Shown: piece after piece, positions 39,835-50,700 of the stretch | Layout: every line of letters begins with the position of its first letter | How positions within the stretch are numbered: position 1 is the stretch's first letter | Virus record (IMG/VR): IMGVR_UViG_3300029922_000039 | DNA: 64,000 bases | From: a virus | Strand: one strand, 5' to 3' | Program-made: the position numbers and the translations under genes | Notes under the pieces: model-generated | What the model was told of the DNA's origin: nothing | The model's database searches: none | The model's input: only the letters and a program-made list of their open reading frames with translations

Positions 39835-40121
39835 TCCGCCACCGCCTTTCCGCTAGCCGCCGCGCTCACTTCGCGGATTACAGGATCAACCAACTGGAGG
39901 GCGTCGGCGACAGTACGAAGGATCTTGCGCGCCTCTGCCATTTCCTTCTCTTTGGAGGCGATCGCCGTCAGGCTCTCGTACATCGAATGGACGTTGATCC
40001 GGTCTCCAATTCGCAGGGCGTCGTCCATGTTGTACTTCGAGTAGAACCCCAAGAGGTTGGCTACTTCGTTGCCGTCCGCATCTAAGATATAGCCGTTTGC
40101 TGTTTTGCCGATGATCTTCAT
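39831..40121 (-). CDS. hypothetical protein
   Basis: 96-aa coupled ORF. Confidence 0.45.
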   Translation of the reverse strand: MKIIGKTANGYILDADGNEVANLLGFYSKYNMDDALRIGDRINVHSMYESLTAIASKEKEMAEARKILRTVADALQLVDPVIREVSAAASGKAVAE

Positions 40122-40166
40122 TCCTCGTCTCCCCTTCTCTCCAAAATCACCAAAATGGTACTTTTG

Positions 40167-40739
40167 CTATTCGTTGGACTCGATCACGATTGCCAGACTA
40201 TAGTCCGGCTGCCACAGGCTTACGCTCTCGTTGGCCTTGTTAAACGCATCGACCGCCGCTTCTAACTCTTCCACGCCATCCAGATCAGAAGTGTCGGCAT
40301 CGTCCCACATCTCTTCGAGAAGGTTATCGTAGATGCTCTCTGCGCTCGCCTTCGGTAGCCCGACGTTTGTACAGGCCCACAGATACTTCGGAGGGTCCGC
40401 ATCGTTGCTCTCGTAGTGCTCCAGGGCATCTTCTACTCCCGTGAAGTACCTGTCTCCGTCATACACCATGCCGTCGTCGTACTCGGCATTGGTGATCTTC
40501 TTGGCCTTCTCGAACCGCGCAGCCTCTTTTACTGCTTCTTCCGCGTGCATCTCGTCCGAACTGCACTGATCGCACTGCTCGGTACGGTATCCGCGTTGAA
40601 TTTTCTTCCCGCAAGCGCACAGTCGGTCGCCATGGCACCATTCCGCCATTTCCTTGCTCACGTAGACGCAACGGCATTCGACGCAGAAGAACACGCCGCT
40701 AGTAGATCCATCTGGTTTGCAGAGCTCGATTGCACTCAT
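40167..40739 (-). CDS. Cys-rich acidic hypothetical protein
   Basis: 190-aa ORF. CVECRC...CACGKK...CDQC. Confidence 0.5.
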   Translation of the reverse strand: MSAIELCKPDGSTSGVFFCVECRCVYVSKEMAEWCHGDRLCACGKKIQRGYRTEQCDQCSSDEMHAEEAVKEAARFEKAKKITNAEYDDGMVYDGDRYFTGVEDALEHYESNDADPPKYLWACTNVGLPKASAESIYDNLLEEMWDDADTSDLDGVEELEAAVDAFNKANESVSLWQPDYSLAIVIESNE

Positions 40740-41050
40740 GCCGCCACCGCCTTCAGATCATCCTTGATCGCACGCACGATGCGCGTAAGGTACTGCTCGT
40801 GCCCCTTAGTGTGCTTCTGGAACTGTGCGCCAGTCAGACGATTCACGATATATCCGTCGTCGGCGTGCGCGAAGAATTGCTTGATGCTCCGGTCGCCCAT
40901 CGCGCCCCACCAGGCCGTCCAAGCCTCGCCGTAGCAGTGAATGGTCACATGCCCCTTGCCGGGCTCAACGTCCTGCCAGAACACGGCCACAGGGTCCAGC
41001 CCTGCCGCGCCCTCGATGACAAATGCTTCAACTGTTAGAGTCTTTGCCAT
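40736..41050 (-). CDS. hypothetical protein
   Basis: ATG at 41050 preceded by GGAAAGGAAAGG. Confidence 0.5.
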   Translation of the reverse strand: MAKTLTVEAFVIEGAAGLDPVAVFWQDVEPGKGHVTIHCYGEAWTAWWGAMGDRSIKQFFAHADDGYIVNRLTGAQFQKHTKGHEQYLTRIVRAIKDDLKAVAA

Positions 41051-41144
41051 GGTTCTTACCTTTCCTTTCCAGTATCTCCGCCAGCCCGAAGCCGACGAGA
41101 GCAATGATGATCACGGTGATTGCGATTGCGCCGGGTGCGGTCAT
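41028..41144 (-). CDS. small membrane protein (38 aa)
   Basis: MTAPGAIAITVIIIALVGFGLAEIL... ATGA overlap with the upstream stop. Below the track cut-off. Confidence 0.3.
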   Translation of the reverse strand: MTAPGAIAITVIIIALVGFGLAEILERKGKNHGKDSNS

Positions 41145-41344
41145 CTTAGCGGCAACTCCGCAATGACGGTCGTTGACGTTCTGATGCCGCGCGGGTCATC
41201 CAGTTTGCGCTGGAACGCTTCTGCGTGTGCGCTGCCTAAACTCTGCGTGATGAAATGCTTCTGCAATCCGATGTTTATTCCGCATATAGTATCAACTGTG
41301 GTCCATGAGTCCGGAAGGATTACTTCGACAATGAAGGCTTTCAT
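41141..41344 (-). CDS. hypothetical protein
   Basis: ATG at 41344 preceded by GAGAAAGGGAAGAGC. Confidence 0.45.
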   Translation of the reverse strand: MKAFIVEVILPDSWTTVDTICGINIGLQKHFITQSLGSAHAEAFQRKLDDPRGIRTSTTVIAELPLR

Positions 41345-41485
41345 GCTCTTCCCTTTCTCGCGCATCGGGCCGGAGATGGGGTCTTGTTAGCTCCCGACTC
41401 CGCCGGCAGTAGAATCCCGAACTAAGGCGTAACCCTGGAGTCCGACCCGTGCGCTGATTCGCCCCGGTGAAGGCGCGAATGTCTA

Positions 41486-41504
41486 CAGTCTCAAACGAGA
41501 CTGG
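41486..41504 (+). repeat. copy 3 of the hairpin motif (CAGTCTC AAAC GAGACTGG)
   Basis: Immediately next to the RecT stop codon, followed by TTATTTCTCTT. Confidence 0.55.
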
Positions 41505-42461
41505 TTATTTCTCTTCGGCATTGCGCTTGTCCAACTCCGCGCCCGCCAGTTCCGCGATCTTCACCCAATCCGCCTTGTGTTCGTTCACGAATGCAACACA
41601 CTCTTCATGCGTCCAGCCAAGGTACTCGAACAGTTCGTCCACCTTCAGCCGGACCGGAGCCTTCGTGTTGGCCCACTCAAAGGCTTTGGCTTCGCCAGAG
41701 ACGGGAATGTCTGCGGAATTGCGCGGCGCCTCGATTCCGAACTCGGCCTTGAGGTAGGCTTTCGAGTCGTCCGGGGTGTGGCCCGACGAGCGGTACGTTT
41801 TGTACCAGGCGGTCGCCTTCTCCTTGCCGATGGTAGGCTCTGGATCGGGGAGTGCCTGCTGAGTGTTGCCTTCGATCAGCGCGCCGTTTGGCGTACCAGC
41901 CATCACGGTGCCGCCCTTGATGCTTTCCGCCTCTTCCTCGTCCATGATGCCGGAAATCGAAAACGCAACGCGAGCACACTGAACGAGAGCGCGGTGCCGG
42001 GTCATGCGGATCGGCGACTTCTGCCAAGGGTCTGTGTTACGCGAGCACTCCGACCAATACTCGGTGACGACGATGGGGAGGCGACGGTCCTTGCGGTGGA
42101 TCTTGCAGGTCACTCCCGAAATCTTTCCCTTGTCGTCGAAGTGCTCCTCGAACTCGATGCCGTCGAGCGTTTCCTGCCGATTGATGACCTTGCACCATCC
42201 GTCCACGGAAACATAGATCAGCAACTTCCCCTTGGATCGGAAAGCGTAAATCTCTTTGAGAAAAGGGTTTAGATCGTACTGGTTGCAAACCAAGATTGCT
42301 GCGTGAACTTCGTCTGCGGTGAGCGGGGCCTCGTCTTTTCCCTGCTTGAAGATGGTCGATGCCACGATGGACATCACATTGGCCGCGTCGATCTCGAACT
42401 TATCCGCAAATCGAGTCATCAGCGCGTGCCGTGCCGGTGCTACCTGGAGTGCTGTTGCCAT
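41505..42461 (-). CDS. recT: RecT/Bet-family single-strand annealing protein
   Basis: NQYDLNPFLKEIYAF...IYVSVDGWCKVINR pattern. 318 aa. Confidence 0.75.
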   Translation of the reverse strand: MATALQVAPARHALMTRFADKFEIDAANVMSIVASTIFKQGKDEAPLTADEVHAAILVCNQYDLNPFLKEIYAFRSKGKLLIYVSVDGWCKVINRQETLDGIEFEEHFDDKGKISGVTCKIHRKDRRLPIVVTEYWSECSRNTDPWQKSPIRMTRHRALVQCARVAFSISGIMDEEEAESIKGGTVMAGTPNGALIEGNTQQALPDPEPTIGKEKATAWYKTYRSSGHTPDDSKAYLKAEFGIEAPRNSADIPVSGEAKAFEWANTKAPVRLKVDELFEYLGWTHEECVAFVNEHKADWVKIAELAGAELDKRNAEEK

Positions 42462-42476
42462 TGTTGCTTTCCTTCC

Positions 42477-43241
42477 TTACCTGTTAGAGTCTTCATTCTT
42501 CGTGGAGTGCATATCCACGCACATCGGCGTTCCGACGCCGCCAACGAACGTCTGTGTCTCGTAAATCCAAGCCTTCCGTACTACGTCCGATGGCCAAACT
42601 TCATCGGTAGCCCAACCTCTGTCCGAGCCAATAAGATCCGTTCCGTCTGCGTTGGAAATAGAGCGCACGCGAGGCTGCTTGTCTTCAGGAAACATCTCTC
42701 TATATTTGCGCGCAATGAGATCAGCCTGTATCCCGTTACATACAATCAAGTTTACATCCCCGCCAACCGTCTCGTGAATGTATTCCAGAAGGGCGAGAGT
42801 CTTTCCTGTCTGCCTGCCGCGCGTCACGAGGCTTTCTCCGCTGCGCAACTCCGCCTTGATAGAGTCCACCGACGCACGCATTTCCGGGCTGAGTTCAATC
42901 TGCATTTGATCCTTTCCTTTACAGGTTAGTCCGTGCATGAATGGACGCTTCAGGTTGTAGGCCATCTTCTCTGCGATCGCCGCTTCCAAATCAAACCCGA
43001 CAGTTCCGGCAATATCTCCTGCGCGAATCACGATGTCTGCAATCTCCGAAGGGAAACCGGAAGGTTTTCCGTTCAATTCGTAGCGGTTCACCGTCAGGTC
43101 GTTACCGTCGCGAATCTCGTCAAACGCTTCGGTCGCTTCCTGTATAAGCAGGAGCAGTGCTGTAGGAATATGGATACTCTTATGGAAGCCGTGCTTCTCT
43201 GAGTTTTCCCACGCATCTGCCTGCATTTTTCTGATTTCCAT
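42477..43241 (-). CDS. MazG-like NTP pyrophosphohydrolase fused to a P-loop-containing C-terminal region
   Basis: LLLLIQEATEAFDEIR...FPSEIADIVIRAGDIA...KMAYNLKRPFMHG, then VTRGRQTGKTLALL. ATG at 43241 preceded by GGAGGAA. Confidence 0.6.
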   Translation of the reverse strand: MEIRKMQADAWENSEKHGFHKSIHIPTALLLLIQEATEAFDEIRDGNDLTVNRYELNGKPSGFPSEIADIVIRAGDIAGTVGFDLEAAIAEKMAYNLKRPFMHGLTCKGKDQMQIELSPEMRASVDSIKAELRSGESLVTRGRQTGKTLALLEYIHETVGGDVNLIVCNGIQADLIARKYREMFPEDKQPRVRSISNADGTDLIGSDRGWATDEVWPSDVVRKAWIYETQTFVGGVGTPMCVDMHSTKNEDSNR

Positions 43242-43271
43242 TCGTTCCTCCACTGCCTCAATAACAACCCA

Positions 43272-43336
43272 ACAATACACCAACGCTTGCACGAATTGCA
43301 ACAACGCTTGCAACTTTTTTGCGACCGTCGTAGAAT
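43272..43336. promoter_or_regulatory. divergent promoter region with two AACGCTTGCA motifs
   Basis: Plus strand: TTGCAA (43308), 17-nt spacer, TAGAAT (43331). Minus strand: TTGCAA (43296-43301), 18-nt spacer, TATTGT (43272-43277). Motifs at 43282-43291 and 43303-43312. Confidence 0.6.
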
Positions 43337-43343
43337 CTCTACT

Positions 43344-43601
43344 ATGCCGAGACCCAAGCCACTACCGAAAGCACCCAAGAAGAAGGCCGAATCGCGTGGA
43401 ACCAAAAAAGTTACCTTGGGAAGACTTACTGCCGAAGAGAGAAAAGCCTTCTTCCTTAAGATTGGCTCCGAGGGGGGTACCACTACCCTCGCCAATTACG
43501 GGCCGGACTACTACGTCCGTCTCGCTATCCGTTCCCATCAAGTCAGACGAGAGCGCCGTGCCGCAGCTCTTGCTGCGCAAAGGCTTGGTCCCAGCGCCTG
43601 A
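43344..43601 (+). CDS. small basic protein, probably from a leaderless mRNA (candidate regulator)
   Basis: The ATG is 7 nt after TAGAAT and has no SD. MPRPKPLPKAPKKK... Confidence 0.5.
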   Translation: MPRPKPLPKAPKKKAESRGTKKVTLGRLTAEERKAFFLKIGSEGGTTTLANYGPDYYVRLAIRSHQVRRERRAAALAAQRLGPSA

Positions 43602-43611
43602 CCAGATCACG

Positions 43612-44421
43612 GTGGCGCAAATCGCCGCCGATCTTGGAGTGGAGACTGACCGCATCCAGCCGCTGATCGACCGGGGCTACCTGCGCGTTATGATCGCCGG
43701 CGAGACTCTGGAGACCACCATCGTCGCCCGGCCTCTCCCTGCGGCAATGGCTTGGCTGTCCACAATGTTCGTGCCCCTTCGGATGCGCCCTATGCTGCCT
43801 GCCGGGGAGGTGGCGACCTTCCTCCAGTTGTCGGCGGCTGCATTCCGCTCCTACGCGATCCACTACAACATCCCCGTCTACGACGATCCGGTCTTCGGCG
43901 AACTGATAACCCTAGCATCCCTGTACGCCTTCCAGCAGGCCCTCTACGACGAGCGCAGCGTGACGCGCTACGACCGGCAGACCATGCTCGCCATGATGTG
44001 CAAGAAGAATCCCGTCCTTGGAAGAACCAAATACACGGCCTACAGCAAGAAGATCGAAGCGGAGATCATGCGCATCTCGCACATGGAGGAGCCAGACAGG
44101 ACCATGCGCGCCGTGGCCTTCTGGACGGCCTACAGGGACGCGGAGACGGTCTACAAGTGCCTGGAGGACTACGAGGGGACTGTGCGGGAACTGACGCCGT
44201 GGGATCTGCGCCAGAAGAAAAAGGTAGCCTTGCTCCTCAAGTGGACGGAGATGAAGCGCAAATGGGGAGACACGCCACGGAAAAAGCGCACGAAGATGCG
44301 CAAGGACAAGGGAACGCACAAGCCCGGATGGGTGCCGAGGCCGAAGAAGAAGGTGCGGTGGGGGAAGCGGTACGAGTCGAAGACGAGGAAGAAGTCGGGG
44401 TACTGGACGAGCGAGGACTGA
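43612..44421 (+). CDS. HTH-containing protein with a very basic C-terminal tail (start uncertain)
   Basis: ITVAQIAADLGVETDRIQPLIDRGYL is HTH-like. GTG at 43612 is the first start after the upstream stop; the track ORF begins at 43396. Confidence 0.5.
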   Translation: MAQIAADLGVETDRIQPLIDRGYLRVMIAGETLETTIVARPLPAAMAWLSTMFVPLRMRPMLPAGEVATFLQLSAAAFRSYAIHYNIPVYDDPVFGELITLASLYAFQQALYDERSVTRYDRQTMLAMMCKKNPVLGRTKYTAYSKKIEAEIMRISHMEEPDRTMRAVAFWTAYRDAETVYKCLEDYEGTVRELTPWDLRQKKKVALLLKWTEMKRKWGDTPRKKRTKMRKDKGTHKPGWVPRPKKKVRWGKRYESKTRKKSGYWTSED

Positions 44422-44495
44422 CTGCTCCCCATGTCTAAAGCCAGGGGGTTGCGCTCACGGTTCGGTCACCCCCGCCCGCCGGTGAGTGAGCTATT

Positions 44496-44753
44496 CTACC
44501 TCGCCTCACAGAATTCCGGCATGTAGCGGCTGTCGAACTCTTCCGCCGTCATGAAAGTGAAATCGTAAGGGCCACGCACCACATAATACATACCTTCTCG
44601 CGGCTCCGGTTCATCTTTCACCTGTTCAAAAGTGTAGGCATACACCGCTCCCGGCCTATCCTGCACCTCAAAAATGTAGCTCCCTGGGCCTTTGCCCACC
44701 TTCGAGATTCGAGAGGCTCTGATGGAAGTTCGACTGTCAACGAAAACCTGCAT
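44496..44753 (-). CDS. hypothetical protein
   Basis: ATG at 44753 preceded by AAGGAG. Confidence 0.5.
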   Translation of the reverse strand: MQVFVDSRTSIRASRISKVGKGPGSYIFEVQDRPGAVYAYTFEQVKDEPEPREGMYYVVRGPYDFTFMTAEEFDSRYMPEFCEAR

Positions 44754-44780
44754 ATCGCCACATCTCCTTTTATGCAAGAG

Positions 44781-47700
44781 TTATTGCAGAACGCTCGTCA
44801 TGCGATGCCTGCGCCCAGGGAAGGACGGTGCCACCTTCTTCGGCTTCAGGCCGGGAACGTAGCGGCTGATTGGAACTTCCTCGTTCACCGTCTGCTTGAC
44901 GATGTTCGCACGGCGCTCTTCTGGGGTCTGCTTGTGGTGGCCAGTATCCATATAGGTAGCCCCTACCTCTCCGGCAGCCTTCACCGCATTATAAGCATCC
45001 GTAACGGCTACTCCTACGACAATCTGCACCATCGAGTTCGTTACGCGGCTCTGCTGGACCAACTTCTGCGCGTCCTTGGGGTCATGCGTGGCCAGTTCGT
45101 TGAAGAGTTGCGTCAGAGTCTCGACGCCCATACCCATCGAAATATAGTGCAGCGCGTTGAAGAGTGCTTCCTTCGAGACGGGATGCTCTTCCAGCCACTT
45201 CTTCTTCCGGTCTTCCATGGCCGCTTCCGGAGATCCCGACATCTGGTGACGCAGGTGGAGCAGTTCCGAGAGCGCATACCCGGCCAGGCCGAAGCTCGCG
45301 CTGAACCTGCCGATCAGTTTGTACGGCTCGGCGCTCTTGTAATCGGACTTGTAGAGTTCCTGCCACACCGTCCGGTTGACGAGGTTGGCCGTCTTGAACA
45401 TGAAGCCGTGAAGCGACTGCGCAATGCGCATCAGGGTCGTCAGGCGCTGGAATATCGGAGGGTCACTCAACTGATTGCGCGCGGCCATGGGGAGTTCGGA
45501 GGGCCTGCCGCTCCCGGTGGTCCAGTTTGCCGCAGCCAGTTCCATGCGGCGCACGTCCTCTGGTCCATAGCCCTTGGTCGCCATGTTGTCCATTTGCTCG
45601 TCAGTGAATCCGTAAAGGTCGGTGAGCTTGCGGCGCAGTACGGCGCTCTTGGGGTCCTTGACCAGTTCCGGGTAGGCGTACTTCTCAAACCACAGACGGC
45701 CAGCCCCGGACGCAACCACGCGGCTCCAGTTCATGATGGCGGTGAAACCGTTGTAGTCCAGCATCTTCTGGTCCCACCCTCCGCCATTCATTCCGTATTC
45801 CCGCATCCAAGCCTGCTTGATGTAGTTGACCATGGCGCCACAGTCTACCGCGTTCTTGCGCATCTCACGCGGATTGATCGCAGAGCGAATGAACGACTCC
45901 GCCAGGCTGCGCGTGTTGGTCGCCAATACCGTCTTGGCAAGGTGAAGCGGGAGTTTGATGGGGCTCAGGTGCATCTTGCTCAGAATCAGCCAGCGGTTCG
46001 CCCAGCGCAGGGCAATGCGGTCCGAGTCATGCAGCCGGGCCGGGTCCAAGTCGGAGGTGATGATATGGTTCACCATCGAGCGGGTGCGGCTGTCCGGCAA
46101 GGCGTCGATCAGCGGGTCTGTCTTCTCGCGGAACTGTCCATGGACTTCGGCGGAGGCCAACTTCTCTGAGATTTCATTGACGTAGCGATCAAGAACCTTG
46201 CGGTCGCGGCCATACATCGGGATCTCGAACTCGCGGGCACGCTCCACGTTGCCTGCGAGGCGAATGCCGCGCGCGTTCTTGTCGAAGAACAGTTGCGCCT
46301 TGATCTTGGAAATACCCTTCTGCTCGGCCACCTTCTCGATCAGAGCTTCGCGGCGCTCATCGCCCTTGGGCATCCTCATGATGTCACCCAAAGAGGCAAC
46401 TACCTTGTCGCCTTTGGCGTCCGTGATGATGAACTTCTCTTCCCAGTTGTAGATGCGCGGCCAGTAACGCGGGTCATCGGCGATCTTCGAGTATGGCACA
46501 TCGCTACGCTTGCCCTTCTCGTCATAGAAAACAACGGCCATCCCGGCATCGGCCAGGCGTTTGCGCACGGTAGCCGTGAACTTACGGAATTCAGTGACGG
46601 CTTTATCGATACGCGGGTCGGTCGTTGTCTCTTGTCCCTCGACCACCTTGGAAACCGTCCTCAGATCATTCGGGGTGAGTTTGTTCTTGGAGATAATCTC
46701 CTCGACCATGCCGCCGAACTCTCCTCGGTAGTTCCCAGATCGGATGTCATAGTCGATCAGGCGGCGCTTCAGTTCCATACCCATCTTTTCGTGGCCAGCA
46801 TCCCTGCAAATCTGCTCTACGGCTCGGTCACCAGACATTCCGAACATCCAGAGGCTCGACTTGACGAGGTGCGCGGCGGAGCGACCAGTGCCCTTCATGC
46901 CGTCGAACCATAGAAGAGCGTCGTTCTCAAGGTCGCGGGTCCGGCGGTCGATGGCTTCCTTCGGATTCTCCCCGGCGGCCTTAGCGGCGCGCCCGGCGTG
47001 CTGTGCTTCAGCCTGAAACGCTCCTTGATGAGCGGCAATGGCTTGGGACTGCTCCGCTGGCAGGCTCTTGGTACGTCCCATCATGTCTTCCCACGCAGAC
47101 TGAGCGAGAGAATTCAGGTGCGCTTCGGGGTCTTCATCCTTCGGCCCCTGATAGAGTTTCTTGCCCTGCCCCTTGTACTTCATGGGCTGGTGCATAGCCT
47201 TCTTAGCGTCGGGGATCTCGAACTCGCTGATCGGAGTGAACTTCGCCTCGTCCGTCGTGCGCTCGAAGTCTGCCGCTTCGGGGGCGTATTCGTTACCCTG
47301 GTCGTACTCAAGCATCTCTTCTGGGATGCCTGCCGCCTCGCGCAGGTTCTTCGACAACTGGGTTTCGTTGCGTTCGCCATAGACGGCCGCCTTGAGTGCC
47401 CTCATGCGCGGCAGAACCTTGGTCCCCAAGAGCTTGATCTCCGGCAGGGCATCGGTGGTCAGGAAGATATTGGCAACTCCCGACTGGCGCCCATAGCGGT
47501 CAGTGCGGCTCGTAGCCTGCTCCAGCATGATCGAACTCCACGGCGGAGTGATGAAGATACCCATGCGCGGCTTGTTGCCCACCTTGTCGTGCGCGCTGGC
47601 GCCGACGCCGCCAGCGGCATAGGTCGCATACAGCGCATCCTTCTCGCCGCTCTGGAAGCCTTCCAACTCTTCAGCGCGCAACTGGTTCGCGTCCCCGGCG

Positions 47701-50700
47701 AAGATGCCGATCTTGTCGCCGAATTGCGCGCGCATCGCCTTCACCATATCCGGCAATGGCGGGAGCATTGCATTGATCTGCTTGCCCAGGTCGCCCGGCA
47801 GACGGTTGATGAAGTCCATCCCTTCTTCCGCGGCAGAACGGTACTCAGTGAAGAGAACCGGGCTCCACCCATCCTTGATCGCCTTCGCCGCCAGTTCGAT
47901 CGCATGTGGCAACTTGGCCGCCTCAAGGTAGCGTTTCAGGTAGATCGCCTCGTGGCCGGCCGCAGCCTTGATCAGACTCGACATCTTGTTGCGCTGGAAG
48001 GCGGCACGCGCCATCGTGAACGCCTTGCGGATGCTGCGCACCCCGGCGCGAACCTCTTCAGTCTGCGGAACAAGTACGACGTGGGCCTCGGTGCCTTCCA
48101 TGTCCTTGTGAAGTTGCTGCCACTGCCCGCGTTCGATAAGCTGCTGCCGCAACTTCTCCAACTTGCGCGGCGCGGAACCGCCGCTGTAGCTGTTCGGACC
48201 GCTCTCCACCAGACCAAACTGGCTTGCCCATCCCGTGAACCCTCCATGCGGCCAGAGTCCCAACTTGTGCATGTAGCCGATTTCGAGAGTGGTGCTGTAC
48301 GGCGTGGCGCTCGAATAGATCACCTTCTTCGCCGCGTGTCCCAGCATAATGACAGCCTTACCCTGCTCGGAATCCGTCCACTTGCGCGCCTCGGAACTCT
48401 CATCAAAGAGAACAAAGTCCCATGGAACTGACAAGACGCTGCGGTTGCCGCGAATGCCTGCGTAGGTCGCTGCGTACATGCCGGTCTGCATCTCTTCCAT
48501 ATTGCTTGGGAGGTCGTTCACGTCCACGCCAAAGCGCCGGGCAACGTCTTTGAGTCCGTCTGCTTCGTGAATAAGGTTTTGGCTGCGCGTTACCCACAAT
48601 CCAACCTTGTCGCCACTCGTTCCGAGAAGGTGGCTGCAAAGTGCTGATCCTAAAAAGGTTTTTCCAGTACCCGCACCGCTAGCAAGAATCGTCGCGTCGT
48701 ACTGCTGCAACGCCGAAATAACGCCATCGGCAACTTCCGGCTGCCCAGGGAAGATGAGCAAGTCGCGCAGGTCGGTAGCAAGGCGCTGTGTCGGCGGCGG
48801 TGTTCCCTTCGGCAAGCCAAGGTCCTCCACATGACCACGCCACTTGTCAGGATCGACGACCGGCGTGCCGCGTGGTCGCTCCGGCGATTGGAGCTTTGCC
48901 GCCTTTACTTTTGCGAGGGGGTCTGCTGCCGGTTTGGCAATGGCCCCTCGTCCGGAAGTTCGTGAACCGCCGGGGGCCGCATGTTCCCTGTCGGCCGATC
49001 CGGCTCCGCCATGAACTTCTCCAGCATCGCCCGGTTCTCGAACCCCAGAAGTTCCATGAGATACGCTTCTCGATCGTGCATTTTCCCCTCCCAGTGCAAT
49101 CGCCGTGGGGTCGCCCATCACCTGCTGGACGGTCGCGGCCTGTGCTGGCGTGGTTGGTTCGTTCTGCGTCGGCATCTCGCTCAGTCCGTGGACGAGTTGG
49201 ATGACGCTGGTATCCTTCGGTTCAGGCTTCGACCCTATAATGCCTGTTGCGCCGCGGAGTTTGTCCTCAATGCCGTTCAATTGGCCGCGCAAGAGAGCCT
49301 GGCGGCGGGGATCTTGCTCTCGCTTCAGTTCATCCTCAAGAGACTTCGCCCGGCGGGACAGATCGACCATCTCGCTCAGGCTCGGCTGGAACAGTTTCTT
49401 GCCGCGCTTCATCTGAATGCGGAGGTAGACTTGCTGCTCACCGCGGACTTGCAGGATCTCCCATCCCTTGATGTCGGCACCACGCTCCTCGATCACGTCC
49501 AAAGCGTCGGCCATGTTCTGCTTGTGGATTACCTTCGAGTTATCTCCTGGCTTCGGGCCGGAGCGGATCACCTTGGCATCACGCGGAACCTCGACGCTGC
49601 CGGTATCCATGGCCTGCTTGCCCATCTTCTCGATCGCGTCCACGTCCAGACGGGTAGTGAGTGGTTTGCGCTCGGTGCGGGTCCAGTCGTACCAGTTGTC
49701 AAACATGGCCTTGAGTTCCGGGGACCCTTGCGCCAACTTCTTGCCGGTGACCGCATTGTAGACCGACTGCATCGAACGCGAGAGGGTTGCGAAAACCTTC
49801 TCCAGTTTGCCGCGCCGAATGCCGCCATCGTAGTGATACCGCTCAAAAGCCTGGGCAAACAACTCTTCCTGTTTTTCCGTCCACTCTTCTCCTGGCTTTG
49901 CGCCGACAAAAGCATTGGCCACGCTCTGATCTGCCGGGCTGAGGTATTGGCGAACATAATGCGCCATCTCATGAATGAAGGTGGAAGTATCGGCAGTGTC
50001 GCAAAGGCGAATAATCGCCCGCCCATCTTCCAAAATCTGCGTGTAGCCGCGCTGGCCGCCCTTCTCCTTGCCGCCGAAAGCGATAGTGAGACGCCGATTG
50101 CCTAGCAACTCTTCGAGCTTCATCCCAAGAGCCTGCGGCAAGATATGCTCCATCATGTCGCCGACCGCCGCCGCTTCTTCGGGGGAGAGGTTCGGGTGAC
50201 TCTCCAGCGCACGGCGCAGGTCCTGCACGGTGCGCGGTCCCTCTGGCAATGCCACTTCCACGCTGGACGAATCCGGCGCGGTGTCGGCTATCACGGTCTC
50301 ATGTGAGACTGGAACCTCAACCGGCAACTCGCCGCGCGCGTCCTCAATAACAGTCTTCATGGCGTCGGACAGGCCAGCAACAGAACCCCACTCTTCGGGG
50401 ATAACGTTCAACCCGTACTTCGAAGCGATCTCGTCGGTGAATACGTCTGCCGGGTGCTCCGCGCCAAACATCGAAGCCTGGACGCCAGTAGCGCGGTCGG
50501 CGTATTTCGCCAGCATCTCGGTGTACTTGGCCGGCGACTCTTCGAGCGCCATGGCAAGCGCCTCAACTCCGGCATGAACTGGCTTGTGGAGCGACTGGCC
50601 ATCGAAGTCTGTGATATCCAAGTCACCTTGGACTCCAGTATCCTTCTTCCCTTGGTATCGCTCCGGGTGCAGGCCCTTCTCGATCAGCGAATCCCTGCCG

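Noticed and set aside
44772-50105. Very long plus-strand ORFs (465, 477 and 374 aa; also 310 aa at 56036-56968) antisense to the giant and 794-aa genes.
   Set aside because: Their products are Arg/Leu/Gly/His/Ala-rich with no motifs. They lack SD sequences and lie exactly opposite strongly protein-like minus-strand frames. This is the typical stop-poor antisense frame of GC-rich coding DNA.
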